From positions 45,453-109,452 of the forward strand of contig JAFRBH010000011.1 of assembly GCA_017404955.1 (NCBI GenBank): DNA of 64,000 bases. Direction: 5' to 3'. The stretch is from Candidatus Saccharimonadota bacterium (GTDB lineage Bacteria; Patescibacteriota; Saccharimonadia; Saccharimonadales; Saccharimonadaceae). How positions within the stretch are numbered: the first letter of the stretch is position 1; each line of letters begins with the position of its first letter. Position numbers and translations under genes: made by a program. The notes beneath the pieces were generated by a model. That model was not told the origin of the DNA. It was given only the letters and a program-made list of their open reading frames with translations, and ran no database searches. Shown here piece after piece: positions 53,138 to 61,481 of this stretch.

Positions 53138-54562
53138 ATGAAAAAAGACCCAGGTCTTAAGTTTAGAATTAGTCTAATTTTTGGCGATATGATTGCCATC
53201 GTTCTGGCTTTTCTGTTTGCCTATCTTTTCCGCATTCACATTGATAAGCGTCCATATTTCTTTGAAGCTGAACCAGGCGCTTTCGTATTGTTTATTTTAT
53301 TTTCTATACCAGTCTGGACTGTTATTCTAGCGATTCTTGGCGTGTACAAGAAATCAATTTTTATGAATCGCTCCAGGATGCCAGAGATAACACGCCTCTT
53401 TGCCGGTTCAATTATTGGCACAATGGCGCTTATTTCTTATATTTTTTTCACCGATAAGAATATTTTCCCAACTCGCTTAGTTGCCGTCTATTCATTGGCA
53501 CTTTGCTTTCTCATGCTCCTTCTGGTTAGATGGCTTGTCCATACAATACATGCTTTCTTTGTACGCAGGAACCATGATACCTTAAGAGCTATTGTTATCG
53601 GCAATAACGACAATACTGCGAGATTGCTTGATCACTTCGCTGATTTTCCAGAAGACGGCTACACCTTGTCCGCGGTAGTCGCTAACAAGAAATACATCCC
53701 TATAGAGTTTCAAGGTAAAAGGTTCACATCGTTAAAAGAAGCCTTGAAATGGGTAGAGGCTGATGTAATATTCCAAACTGATGATGAACAAACTGAGTAT
53801 GTGTATAGCCAAGCTATTAAGTATCATACATTTTATTATTTCGTCCCATCAGAAGCTACATTTTCTTCTCATGTTGGCGACTTAGAATTAATTGGCGATA
53901 CCCCAGCGATTTCTGTTAGAATTACACCTCTTATAGGTGGTGCTAGGTTCATGAAACGTGCAGTTGATATTATTGTTGGAACATTAGCCTTTATCATTGC
54001 GCTCATCCCAATGGCTATTATCTGGATAGCAGTTAAACTTTCAGACATTCATTCTCCGGTATTCTATAGTGAGTATAGATTATCCCGGTACAATCGCAAA
54101 GTCAAAATCTTTAAGTTCCGTTCTATGAAGCCAAAATATTCTGGTCTATCTCCTGAACAAGCATTTACCAAAATGGGTAAGCCGGAACTAATTAAAAAAT
54201 ATCGTGACAATGGTGATTTCTTGCCAGATGACCCACGTATTACTGGTATAGGTAGGGTACTTCGTGCTACATCGCTAGATGAACTACCGCAGCTCTTTAA
54301 TGTCATTCGTGGCGATATTTCTCTAGTTGGTCCTAGAGCGCTTGTCCCAGGAGAATTGCGCGATTATGGTGATCGCTCTTTGCTACTCTCAGTCAAATCA
54401 GGTCTTACTGGCCTTGCTCAGGTTTCTGGCCGTCGCGATATCAGTTTTGAAGAGCGTCGCGCACTCGATCTTTATTATGTTCAGAATTGGTCTCTTAAAC
54501 TTGATTTCAGTATTATGCTTCGCACTATTGGGGTAGTGTTCACAAGGAAAGGCGCCAAATAA
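53138..54562 (+). CDS. Undecaprenyl-phosphate sugar phosphotransferase (WbaP/CpsE-type initiating enzyme)
   Basis: 474 aa with N-terminal TM helices and the C-terminal bacterial sugar transferase block 'DELPQLFNVIRGDISLVGPRAL ... GLTGLAQVSGR'. Confidence 0.88.
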   Translation: MKKDPGLKFRISLIFGDMIAIVLAFLFAYLFRIHIDKRPYFFEAEPGAFVLFILFSIPVWTVILAILGVYKKSIFMNRSRMPEITRLFAGSIIGTMALISYIFFTDKNIFPTRLVAVYSLALCFLMLLLVRWLVHTIHAFFVRRNHDTLRAIVIGNNDNTARLLDHFADFPEDGYTLSAVVANKKYIPIEFQGKRFTSLKEALKWVEADVIFQTDDEQTEYVYSQAIKYHTFYYFVPSEATFSSHVGDLELIGDTPAISVRITPLIGGARFMKRAVDIIVGTLAFIIALIPMAIIWIAVKLSDIHSPVFYSEYRLSRYNRKVKIFKFRSMKPKYSGLSPEQAFTKMGKPELIKKYRDNGDFLPDDPRITGIGRVLRATSLDELPQLFNVIRGDISLVGPRALVPGELRDYGDRSLLLSVKSGLTGLAQVSGRRDISFEERRALDLYYVQNWSLKLDFSIMLRTIGVVFTRKGAK

Positions 54563-54564
54563 GG

Positions 54565-55761
54565 ATGGGCCTAGAAGCGCCGTCAACTATCGACAAAAAG
54601 CCAAAAGTGGCTTTAGTTTGCGATTGGCTGACTACTGTGGGCGGTGCTGAAAGCGTACTCTTAGAGCTCCATAAGATGTATCCAAATGCCCCGATTTATA
54701 CTTCAAAATATAACAAAAAGGGAATCGACTGGTTTCTAGATGCCGATGTTAGAACTGGTTGGCTTCAAATCTTTCCGACTTGTTTTCGCCGCTTTATTAG
54801 CCCACTCAGACAGCACTACTTTTCTCATTTAGATTTATCAAACTACGATTTAGTGATTTCAGTCACTGGCGCCGAGGCCAAATCTGTTAAAACCGAACAA
54901 AAAACTAAATCTTCCGAACAACCCGAACACAAATGCGTACACCTCTGTTATTGCCATGTCCCTACGCAATATTATTGGCAGATGTATGATGAATATCTAA
55001 AAAATCCAGGTTTTGGTATCTTAAACCCCTTGGCTCGTGTCGGCTTAAAATTGTTTGTTAATCCTATGAGAAAGCGCGATTTTGCCGCTGCTCAGCGTCC
55101 AGATGAATTCATTACTATCTCCGAGCACGCGAAAAAACAAATTAAAAGATATTATAAGAGGGAAGCGAAAATCATCTATCCTCCGGTGAATCTGGAAAAG
55201 TTTTCCACAGAATTATCCACAGATAAGAAAATAAAATCAAAAGAAAATCAAGCAGAAAATCAATATAATTACATCACAACTTCGCGCCAAGTCAACTGGA
55301 AACGATTGGATCTAGCAATTTTGGCCTGTATCAAGACCAATCAAAAATTGACCGTTATAGGTGATGGCCCAGAGCACAATAAGCTAGTAAAACTAGCGAA
55401 CAATTCTTCACTTATTAAGTTTTTGCCGCAGATGTCTCAAGATGAACTAAAAACTCATCTAGAAGAAGCTGACGCTTACATTTTTCCAAGCTTAGAACCC
55501 TTTGGTATTGCCCCAATTGAAGCTATGGCTTTAGGCCTTCCGGTAGTTGCTTATGGTGAAGGTGGAGCACTAGATTATGTTAAACCAGGAGTAAGCGGTG
55601 CTTTATTTGAGAAACAAACTGTAGATTCTCTGGCCGAAGTGATTAAAGATTTCAACCCAAATAAGTTCTCCAAGACTGATATTAGAAACTCCGTTAAGAA
55701 GTTTGACAAATCTGTTTTTGTAGAAAAAATGCGAGAGGAAATTCATGAAAAACTTAGTTAA
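54565..55761 (+). CDS. GT4-family (GT-B fold) glycosyltransferase
   Basis: 398 aa with 'LVCDWLTTVGGAESV' and the C-terminal 'PSLEPFGIAPIEAMALGLPVVAYGEGGALDYV'. Confidence 0.8.
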   Translation: MGLEAPSTIDKKPKVALVCDWLTTVGGAESVLLELHKMYPNAPIYTSKYNKKGIDWFLDADVRTGWLQIFPTCFRRFISPLRQHYFSHLDLSNYDLVISVTGAEAKSVKTEQKTKSSEQPEHKCVHLCYCHVPTQYYWQMYDEYLKNPGFGILNPLARVGLKLFVNPMRKRDFAAAQRPDEFITISEHAKKQIKRYYKREAKIIYPPVNLEKFSTELSTDKKIKSKENQAENQYNYITTSRQVNWKRLDLAILACIKTNQKLTVIGDGPEHNKLVKLANNSSLIKFLPQMSQDELKTHLEEADAYIFPSLEPFGIAPIEAMALGLPVVAYGEGGALDYVKPGVSGALFEKQTVDSLAEVIKDFNPNKFSKTDIRNSVKKFDKSVFVEKMREEIHEKLS

Positions 55762-57205
55762 ATATTCTGCCAAAGCCTGCACAATTCTCCTATACTTCTT
55801 ACCTGCGATATTATTCTTTTCGTATTATCCAATAATTACCGTTGGTAGAAGCGACTATATGAATCTCGAATTTTCCTTGCCGGAAATTTGGCTGATTATT
55901 TTCGCGATTCTTGCCTTGCCACAACTTAAGAAACTCTATAAATTCTATGGTCCAAAAAAGCTCGCTATTACTGCAGTAATTCCAGTTTTTTGTTTTCTTT
56001 CTAGCATCTGGTCTGCTAACCATCTAAGAGCGATTCTAACTTCAGGTATTTTATCCCTCCTCATATTCACAGTACTAAACACGGTAGTTCTGTTTAAAGA
56101 ACATAAAAACTTGAGGACCGATTTAATTAAAGTGCTTTTGTTCTCATCTGCGGCCATTTCCGTTATCTGTTGGCTTCAATGCATTCTCGATATTTTAGGA
56201 GTTCCTAGGAGTGTTACTTTGTTGTGCGAAGGTGGTACCTATACAGCCTTTGGCTTCCCACACCCAAATGGTTTTGCAATCGAGCCACAGTTCATGGGTA
56301 ATCTTTTATTGGTGCCAGTTTTACTTAGCTTTTATGCTATTTTTGCCCATGCTTATAAGAACCGTGGGCAAAAGGCAACACTCATTTTGCTTACAACCTT
56401 TCTTTCTGCAACTCTATTCTTGACTTTGTCTCGTGGTGCGATTTTCTCTTTTGGAATTGGTGCTATTGTTCTCGCAATCTATTGCGGGATAAAAAAATAC
56501 AATCATTTTATAAAAAGTCTCATTACAGCGATTATTATCTTAGTAGCCAGCCTTGGTTTGACTCTCACAGCCGATGGCATTTTTGCTAGTACCAGTCCTA
56601 CTAATGACACCTTCATTTCCGGCGTCACCAAAGCTGTACATCAGTTATCTCTAGGTGTGATTGATATACGCCCGGAAGAATACAAGGCTGAAGAATCTAC
56701 CGTATCAGCCACCACAGAGACCACCGCATCGGAAACTGCAGCGGGAACTATATCAGAGCCGGAAACATCGACTTTCTCCGGCTACGTCGCCGAATCTACC
56801 GACACTAGGCTAAATCTCAACGCATTAGCTTTTGGCACTTGGAGATCGGACCCACAATACACCTTCATCGGCACCGGTCTTGGTTCTGCCGGTATTGCCA
56901 TGAGCAAAACTTACCCCGAAGAAATTGGCCCCAAAGAAATTGTCCAAAACGAATATGTCAGCCTACTCTTAGAACTTGGACTAATTGGCTGTGCTATTAT
57001 CCTCGCAGTAGCAATCTATGCCGCAATCAAACTTCCTAAAAACCCACTATTTGTCGCCGTGATCTTCGCGTTTGCCTTTAGCCTTTTGTTCTTTTCTGGA
57101 CTTCCCAACGCTCTTCACGTCTACATTTTCCCCCTGCTTTTTGCTACCAAAGACAAACTTCTCGTAGAAAATAAAGTTAAGCGTCATTGTAATAATCGTA
57201 ATTAG
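55745..57205 (+). CDS. O-antigen ligase/polymerase-like (Wzy_C-type) polytopic membrane protein
   Basis: 486 aa with at least 10 TM helices and 'LTLSRGAIFSFGIGAIVL', typical of the O-antigen ligase family loop region. It also has a Thr/Ser/Glu-rich external loop. Confidence 0.65.
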   Translation: MKNLVKYSAKACTILLYFLPAILFFSYYPIITVGRSDYMNLEFSLPEIWLIIFAILALPQLKKLYKFYGPKKLAITAVIPVFCFLSSIWSANHLRAILTSGILSLLIFTVLNTVVLFKEHKNLRTDLIKVLLFSSAAISVICWLQCILDILGVPRSVTLLCEGGTYTAFGFPHPNGFAIEPQFMGNLLLVPVLLSFYAIFAHAYKNRGQKATLILLTTFLSATLFLTLSRGAIFSFGIGAIVLAIYCGIKKYNHFIKSLITAIIILVASLGLTLTADGIFASTSPTNDTFISGVTKAVHQLSLGVIDIRPEEYKAEESTVSATTETTASETAAGTISEPETSTFSGYVAESTDTRLNLNALAFGTWRSDPQYTFIGTGLGSAGIAMSKTYPEEIGPKEIVQNEYVSLLLELGLIGCAIILAVAIYAAIKLPKNPLFVAVIFAFAFSLLFFSGLPNALHVYIFPLLFATKDKLLVENKVKRHCNNRN

Positions 57206-57622
57206 CACATAGCTAGTAGTAGAACTTACAAATACATAAGATGAAAATAGTGGCACCCAGCCAACTATCATATAGACAAACTGATAAAAATTATGGAAAA
57301 ATTCTAAATCAAACAACACTGTAAGCTGTGGACGCAGAATCTCAATAATCAGAATATTCCAGAGGAAAAATTTAAAAATACCAAATTTTCCTGGGTCGCG
57401 TTCTTTCCAAGTAATATTGCTATGCAAGAAAAACGCTACAATTGTAGAAACGGCGCCGGCTACCACGATGGACAGTGGCTGTTTAAACGATAACTCGCTA
57501 AAAATAGTAAGCACGCAAACTTCATAGACTGCGTAGTCTATAACAGCCGCCAAAAAACCGACCCCTGCAAATTTCAAAATTCTGGAAGCGCTTACATCGG
57601 CGTCTTTGTTACTATTTCCCAT
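57047..57622 (-). CDS. GtrA-family membrane protein
   Basis: 191 aa from the ATG at 57622, with a GAAAGG SD. 'ILKFAGVGFLAAVIDYAVYEV' and the terminal 'LNFIFYEKFVFG' match the GtrA pattern. A Lys-rich 32-aa tail lies in a 159-nt convergent overlap with 55745-57205. Confidence 0.7.
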   Translation of the reverse strand: MGNSNKDADVSASRILKFAGVGFLAAVIDYAVYEVCVLTIFSELSFKQPLSIVVAGAVSTIVAFFLHSNITWKERDPGKFGIFKFFLWNILIIEILRPQLTVLFDLEFFHNFYQFVYMIVGWVPLFSSYVFVSSTTSYVLITIITMTLNFIFYEKFVFGSKKQGENVDVKSVGKSRKEQKAKGKREDHGDK

Positions 57623-58940
57623 CAAATACCTTTCTGAGCCATGCATCGGCCGGCCCTGCTGTCATTAATAATATCAAATAGTTCTGTTTTTGAAAATCAC
57701 GCAATTTCTCTGCTAGTTCTTCGTTTGCTTCTGCCGGCTCGCCAATAGAAGAATTGGAAAGGGAAGCGATAAACTCGGCCGGTGTAATCACTTTAAGAGA
57801 GGGGTCCTCGCGCACTAAGTAAGTTGGTAGCCAATATAGTTTATCAGCGCCAACGAAGGCATCTTTATAATCTTCAAATATTTCATGCTGACGTACATTT
57901 TGGTGGGGCTCATATACCGCTACTACCCCAGAGAGCCCCAGTCTAGAAGCTTCTTCTTTTGCCACTTCCAAAGTTGCAGCGATCTCTTCTGGGTGGTGAC
58001 CATAATCAGAATAAACATTTTCGTAGATTCTCTCAAAACGTCTGCCAACACCAGGAAAATCATCAAGAATTTCAACCAAGAGCTCCTCGTTGATCTTACG
58101 GCCAGCATAGTTTTTATCACCAGGGATTAAATTGTTGGAAGCGATTTCCATGTCTATCTCTTCCACCATCTCAAAGATGGCTTGCATCGCTAGACTAGCA
58201 TCGTAACGACGCGCCTTCCCAGCCAGAGAAAATTTATCAGATAAGTCTATAGCTTCAGTATTCTGAGAAACTGCTGAGGCCTCTAATTTGACACCGCGAA
58301 TCACATTTTCACTCTGCCCTTCAAACTTAGAAAAAGCTCGCATGTAGTCTAGTTTTGTCGGGTAGATATCAGGGTGATCATAAGATACGGTCGTAATCAC
58401 CGAAAGCCATGGGAAAAAGTGCAAGAAATTGCGGTCATATTCATCGGCTTCATAAATCAAGAAATCGGATTTAGTATCATAGCGTCCTGCTTCTGCAAAG
58501 GGAAGAGTAGTCCCTACCAAGTATGATACTGGCAATCCTAGGTTAAGTGCTGTCCAGGTTATCATTGCTGTAGTGGTAGTTTTGCCATGGGTCCCGGCGA
58601 CAGCTACCATCTTTAGGCCTAATTTATCTACAAGATAAGCAATTAGTTCATCTCGCTTAGATATTCTTATCCCCAGCTTCTTGGCTAAGTTAAGCTCAGG
58701 GTGATCAGCAGGTAAAGCGGAAGTATAAACAAACCAATCAACTCCAGAGGTGTCATACATCTCCTGCAAAAATTTGCCATCCTGCTTGCCAAATTTTACA
58801 GGAATATTTTTGCGTGCCAATTCTGAAGCTACTGCTCCTTCAGACAAATCAGAACCAGAAACTAGGAGCCCAGCATCGCGAGCCATGAGCGCTAGTGGCC
58901 CAAGCCCAGTTCCGGAAATACCAGAAATATAGATATTCAT
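57612..58940 (-). CDS. murC: UDP-N-acetylmuramate--L-alanine ligase (MurC/Mpl family Mur ligase)
   Basis: 442 aa from the ATG at 58940, with a minus-strand TGaTACAAT 8 nt upstream. 'ISGISGTGLGPLALMARDAGLLVSGSD', 'VAGTHGKTTTTAMI' and 'SDYGHHPEEIAATL' are present. Confidence 0.78.
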   Translation of the reverse strand: MNIYISGISGTGLGPLALMARDAGLLVSGSDLSEGAVASELARKNIPVKFGKQDGKFLQEMYDTSGVDWFVYTSALPADHPELNLAKKLGIRISKRDELIAYLVDKLGLKMVAVAGTHGKTTTTAMITWTALNLGLPVSYLVGTTLPFAEAGRYDTKSDFLIYEADEYDRNFLHFFPWLSVITTVSYDHPDIYPTKLDYMRAFSKFEGQSENVIRGVKLEASAVSQNTEAIDLSDKFSLAGKARRYDASLAMQAIFEMVEEIDMEIASNNLIPGDKNYAGRKINEELLVEILDDFPGVGRRFERIYENVYSDYGHHPEEIAATLEVAKEEASRLGLSGVVAVYEPHQNVRQHEIFEDYKDAFVGADKLYWLPTYLVREDPSLKVITPAEFIASLSNSSIGEPAEANEELAEKLRDFQKQNYLILLMTAGPADAWLRKVFDGK

Positions 58941-58958
58941 ACCTATATATTGTATCAC

Positions 58959-58988
58959 AAAAAACCAACTCAGATTTCTCTGAGTTGG
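58959..58988 (-). terminator. Rho-independent terminator downstream of the small basic protein gene
   Basis: 9-bp stem CCAACTCAG/CTGAGTTGG (58965-58973 and 58980-58988) with a 6-nt loop. The A6 run at 58959-58964 is a U-run on the minus strand. Confidence 0.75.
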
Positions 58989-59019
58989 CCTAGATTTGAG
59001 TTTTAATTTTGGCCCAAGA

Positions 59020-59223
59020 TTATTTCTTCTTGAGAGTCAAGAAACCGTTGCGTGGGTTTTCGTTGACAACACGATCTGCTGGAAGATCAATAGGGGTACC
59101 TTTGCCACCTTCTGCAGTCTTAGTGAAGAAGTAGATAGTTTGCTTCTTGCCGCCACGAAGAGTAACTTCTGACTGACGTAGGTAGTAAGTAACACCTTTG
59201 CTGTTAGTATGTTGGTAGGCCAT
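59020..59223 (-). CDS. Small basic conserved-looking protein of unknown function
   Basis: 67 aa (MAYQHTNSKGVTYYLRQSEVTLRGGKKQTIYFFTKTAEGGKG...). It has a strong SD (AAGGAGG), a consensus -35 TTGACA (59280-59275), a 17-nt spacer and a TAAGAT -10 (59257-59252), plus its own terminator. Confidence 0.7.
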   Translation of the reverse strand: MAYQHTNSKGVTYYLRQSEVTLRGGKKQTIYFFTKTAEGGKGTPIDLPADRVVNENPRNGFLTLKKK

Positions 59224-59289
59224 ATTTCCTCCTTAATTGATATATATTCTTATCTTATGACCTCAAGAGGCAGATGTCAAGAGGTTTTT

Positions 59290-59991
59290 CTATTTTTTTA
59301 TAAAAATTAAGGCAAGATGCAGCACGCACCAGAGGAAGGCCCTGATTAAGATTACAAAGATTAAGATAAGACAGATGATGGCAATTAGCCCAGACAATGT
59401 TGGTGTCCAGATTGGAGATGCAAAATCATAGCGAAAGAGCGCCGTAGAGGGAAGAGAAGCCATAAAACTATCTTCTATTGTTTCTGTGGTAGGGTATTTA
59501 GCAATCTCCCCAGTCATACAATCAAGGTATCCTTGGCTATTCCAAGCCCAACCGTTTTGAATAGCAAGCGGCTTACAAACTTCCATCGCCTTCGCAAAAA
59601 CATTGCCGTTAGGATTTTCGTCAGTGCTTGCCTGCTGTTCGGCCGCCGCTAATGCTTCGGATGCCTTTCTTTCGTATTGGTGTTCCAGGTAAATCGGCCC
59701 TGTCCCAAAGGTTACATTGGAAGTGCCATTTTTTTCTGTTATGTTTATTACAGTGTGGTTAATCGCAAAATCTCTGAGATTAGAGAGCGCGGTAGCTATT
59801 TCCTCATCACTACCGGATTCGTCGGCAGTAGTTACTGCTGCCTTTAAATCTGTCATTTTGATATGATCAAATCTAAGGAGAGTAGCGTAGATGAAAAGCA
59901 AAAGCACCAAAATAATCAGAAGCTGCCAAGTTTTCACCTGCCTTAAGGACTTCAGAGACTTTTTTATCTCGTATTTGTTTAGCCCACTCAT
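59290..59991 (-). CDS. Membrane protein with N- and C-terminal TM helices flanking an external domain
   Basis: 233 aa with TM helices 'TWQLLIILVLLLFIYATLL' and 'LSGLIAIICLILIFVILI'. A minus-strand TGaTATAAT (60009-60001) lies 9 nt before the ATG. Confidence 0.6.
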   Translation of the reverse strand: MSGLNKYEIKKSLKSLRQVKTWQLLIILVLLLFIYATLLRFDHIKMTDLKAAVTTADESGSDEEIATALSNLRDFAINHTVINITEKNGTSNVTFGTGPIYLEHQYERKASEALAAAEQQASTDENPNGNVFAKAMEVCKPLAIQNGWAWNSQGYLDCMTGEIAKYPTTETIEDSFMASLPSTALFRYDFASPIWTPTLSGLIAIICLILIFVILIRAFLWCVLHLALIFIKK

Positions 59992-60012
59992 GTTGCATCT
60001 ATTATATCACAT

Positions 60013-60046
60013 AGAAAATACCCCCGGAATTACTTCCGAGGGCTTT
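60013..60046 (-). terminator. Probable terminator downstream of the GC-rich lipoprotein gene
   Basis: Imperfect hairpin CCCTCGGAA-GTAA-TTCCGGGGG on the minus strand, with one bulge, followed by TATTTTCT. Confidence 0.45.
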
Positions 60047-60062
60047 TCGTTGCACATCAAGA

Positions 60063-60776
60063 TTAGTACTGGATGGTTTCATCCATGGGATCGCAAGGTT
60101 TGAAGTCTGTACCAGACACGTCGGGTGCGACATCGACTCCGTTCTCATCAACAAAGTCGACGATATCCTTCAGGTGAATGATGCATTCGACGGGAACGTT
60201 TATGCTCTTCGCCTCGTCGCTTATATTGATATCTCCTCCACTGGCGAAAAGGTAACTATAGGTGCACAGATTATGTCTCCCAGGGTTCGACTCGTCCCAC
60301 TTGCCTATTGTCACGTATCCAATGTCAGGGTGCGAATCACCATTTCCTGCTTGCACGAACCAATCATCATAGATAAGCGCAAATGAGTAACTAGTGACCG
60401 CCCAAAACGATGCCCCTGCGTCCCCTGCAAATTGTTCGATGTCGAACTCCCCATCGGAGATATACTTACCCATATTGCTCTCCATCAGCGCTTCCATCGG
60501 ATCAACTTCTTCCGGTTCTTCGGCTTCTTCAGGTTCCTCCGTTGCTTCCTCCGTTGCGGGCTCCTCTGTGGGCTCTTCCACCATTTCCGGTTCCTCAGAA
60601 GATGCTTCCACCTCCGGTTCTTTGACCGGTTCCGGAGCCGGCTCAACCTCAGCAGACGCTTCCACAGTAGGCTGGGGCGCAGGCTCTGGGGTTACCGCCT
60701 GCGTACCACACGCGGTAAGTGAGAGTGCTAAAATCGCACTCATAACAACTGCCACAACTGCATGTATCTTCTTCAT
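60063..60776 (-). CDS. Lipoprotein with an acidic Glu/Pro-rich linker; compositionally atypical (GC-rich)
   Basis: 237 aa from the ATG at 60776, with an AGGAGG SD. The lipobox is 'LALSLTAC'. The linker is 'EPAPEPVKEPEVEASSEEPEMVEEPTEEPATEEATEEPEEAEEPEEVDP', followed by a C-terminal ~130-aa domain. GC content is visibly above the surrounding DNA. Confidence 0.7.
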   Translation of the reverse strand: MKKIHAVVAVVMSAILALSLTACGTQAVTPEPAPQPTVEASAEVEPAPEPVKEPEVEASSEEPEMVEEPTEEPATEEATEEPEEAEEPEEVDPMEALMESNMGKYISDGEFDIEQFAGDAGASFWAVTSYSFALIYDDWFVQAGNGDSHPDIGYVTIGKWDESNPGRHNLCTYSYLFASGGDINISDEAKSINVPVECIIHLKDIVDFVDENGVDVAPDVSGTDFKPCDPMDETIQY

Positions 60777-60873
60777 AGTCTTTTCCTCCTTGATGTAAGA
60801 ATGAGATGTAAATGTGCAACTTATCTTATTATACCACACTTTGCCAAAAAAGTAAAGATGCTAGCACAAAAAA

Positions 60874-60949
60874 TGGTGCGGGCGGTTGGGTTCGAACCAA
60901 CGACCAAGCGGTTATGAGCCGCCTGCTCTAACCCCTGAGCTACGCCCGC
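60874..60949 (-). tRNA. tRNA with anticodon CAU (elongator Met, or Ile2 if lysidine-modified), CCA encoded
   Basis: The reverse complement folds as a cloverleaf: GCGGGCG-TA-GCTC-AGGGGTTA-GAGC-A-GGCGG-CTCATAA-CCGCT-TGGTC-GTTGG-TTCGAAC-CCAAC-CGCCCGC-A-CCA. The G1-C72 pair argues against an initiator tRNA. Confidence 0.9.
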
Positions 60950-61007
60950 AACTTTTGAGATTAACTGGACTTATTTTAACACGGAATGTTATAATAAAAA
61001 AGCGTAA

Positions 61008-61430
61008 ATGGAAAGAATAAAAACAAGTTTTAGACGCCTCGGCTACCGTATCAAGCGTTGGTTTTCTCAGGAGCACGCTATTTTTCTGGTGGGCGTCGGA
61101 CTCTGTCTAATTTGGACCTGGGGTGCCATTTCTGCCATGAGTAGAAACTGGGAACTAGAGCAACGTCTTGATGCGCGTAGAAACGAGCTTGCCGTCCTAG
61201 AAGTAGAAATCGAAGAGCTAGAATTAGAGAACAAATACTATGCTTCAGAAGAATATCAAGAACTTGCGGCTCGTGATCTGCGTAATAAAATTGGTGATGG
61301 GGAAGTGCTAATTTATCTCCCAGAAAATTCCGATATCGCTAAGCACAAGCACGGGAACATCATCGTAGAAGATAAGGTTGAAGAACCAGATAATTTTGAA
61401 CAGTGGATGTCATTTATTTTTGGCGCTTAA
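61008..61430 (+). CDS. Septum formation initiator family protein (FtsB/DivIC-like)
   Basis: 140 aa with one TM helix, a coiled coil 'LEQRLDARRNELAVLEVEIEELELENKYY', and 'SEEYQELAARDLRNKIGDGEVLIYLP', typical of DivIC/FtsB. Confidence 0.7.
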   Translation: MERIKTSFRRLGYRIKRWFSQEHAIFLVGVGLCLIWTWGAISAMSRNWELEQRLDARRNELAVLEVEIEELELENKYYASEEYQELAARDLRNKIGDGEVLIYLPENSDIAKHKHGNIIVEDKVEEPDNFEQWMSFIFGA

Positions 61431-61481
61431 GATAGCGAGACTATTTTAAGTCACTTATGCTTTTTGTGTTATAATTAGCGT

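Noticed and set aside
60174-60798. Plus-strand ORFs 60174-60386, 60394-60798, 60410-60625 and 60432-60722
   Set aside because: They are antisense or alternative-frame ORFs generated by the locally high GC content of the lipoprotein gene. The minus-strand frame has an SD, a lipobox and a terminator.
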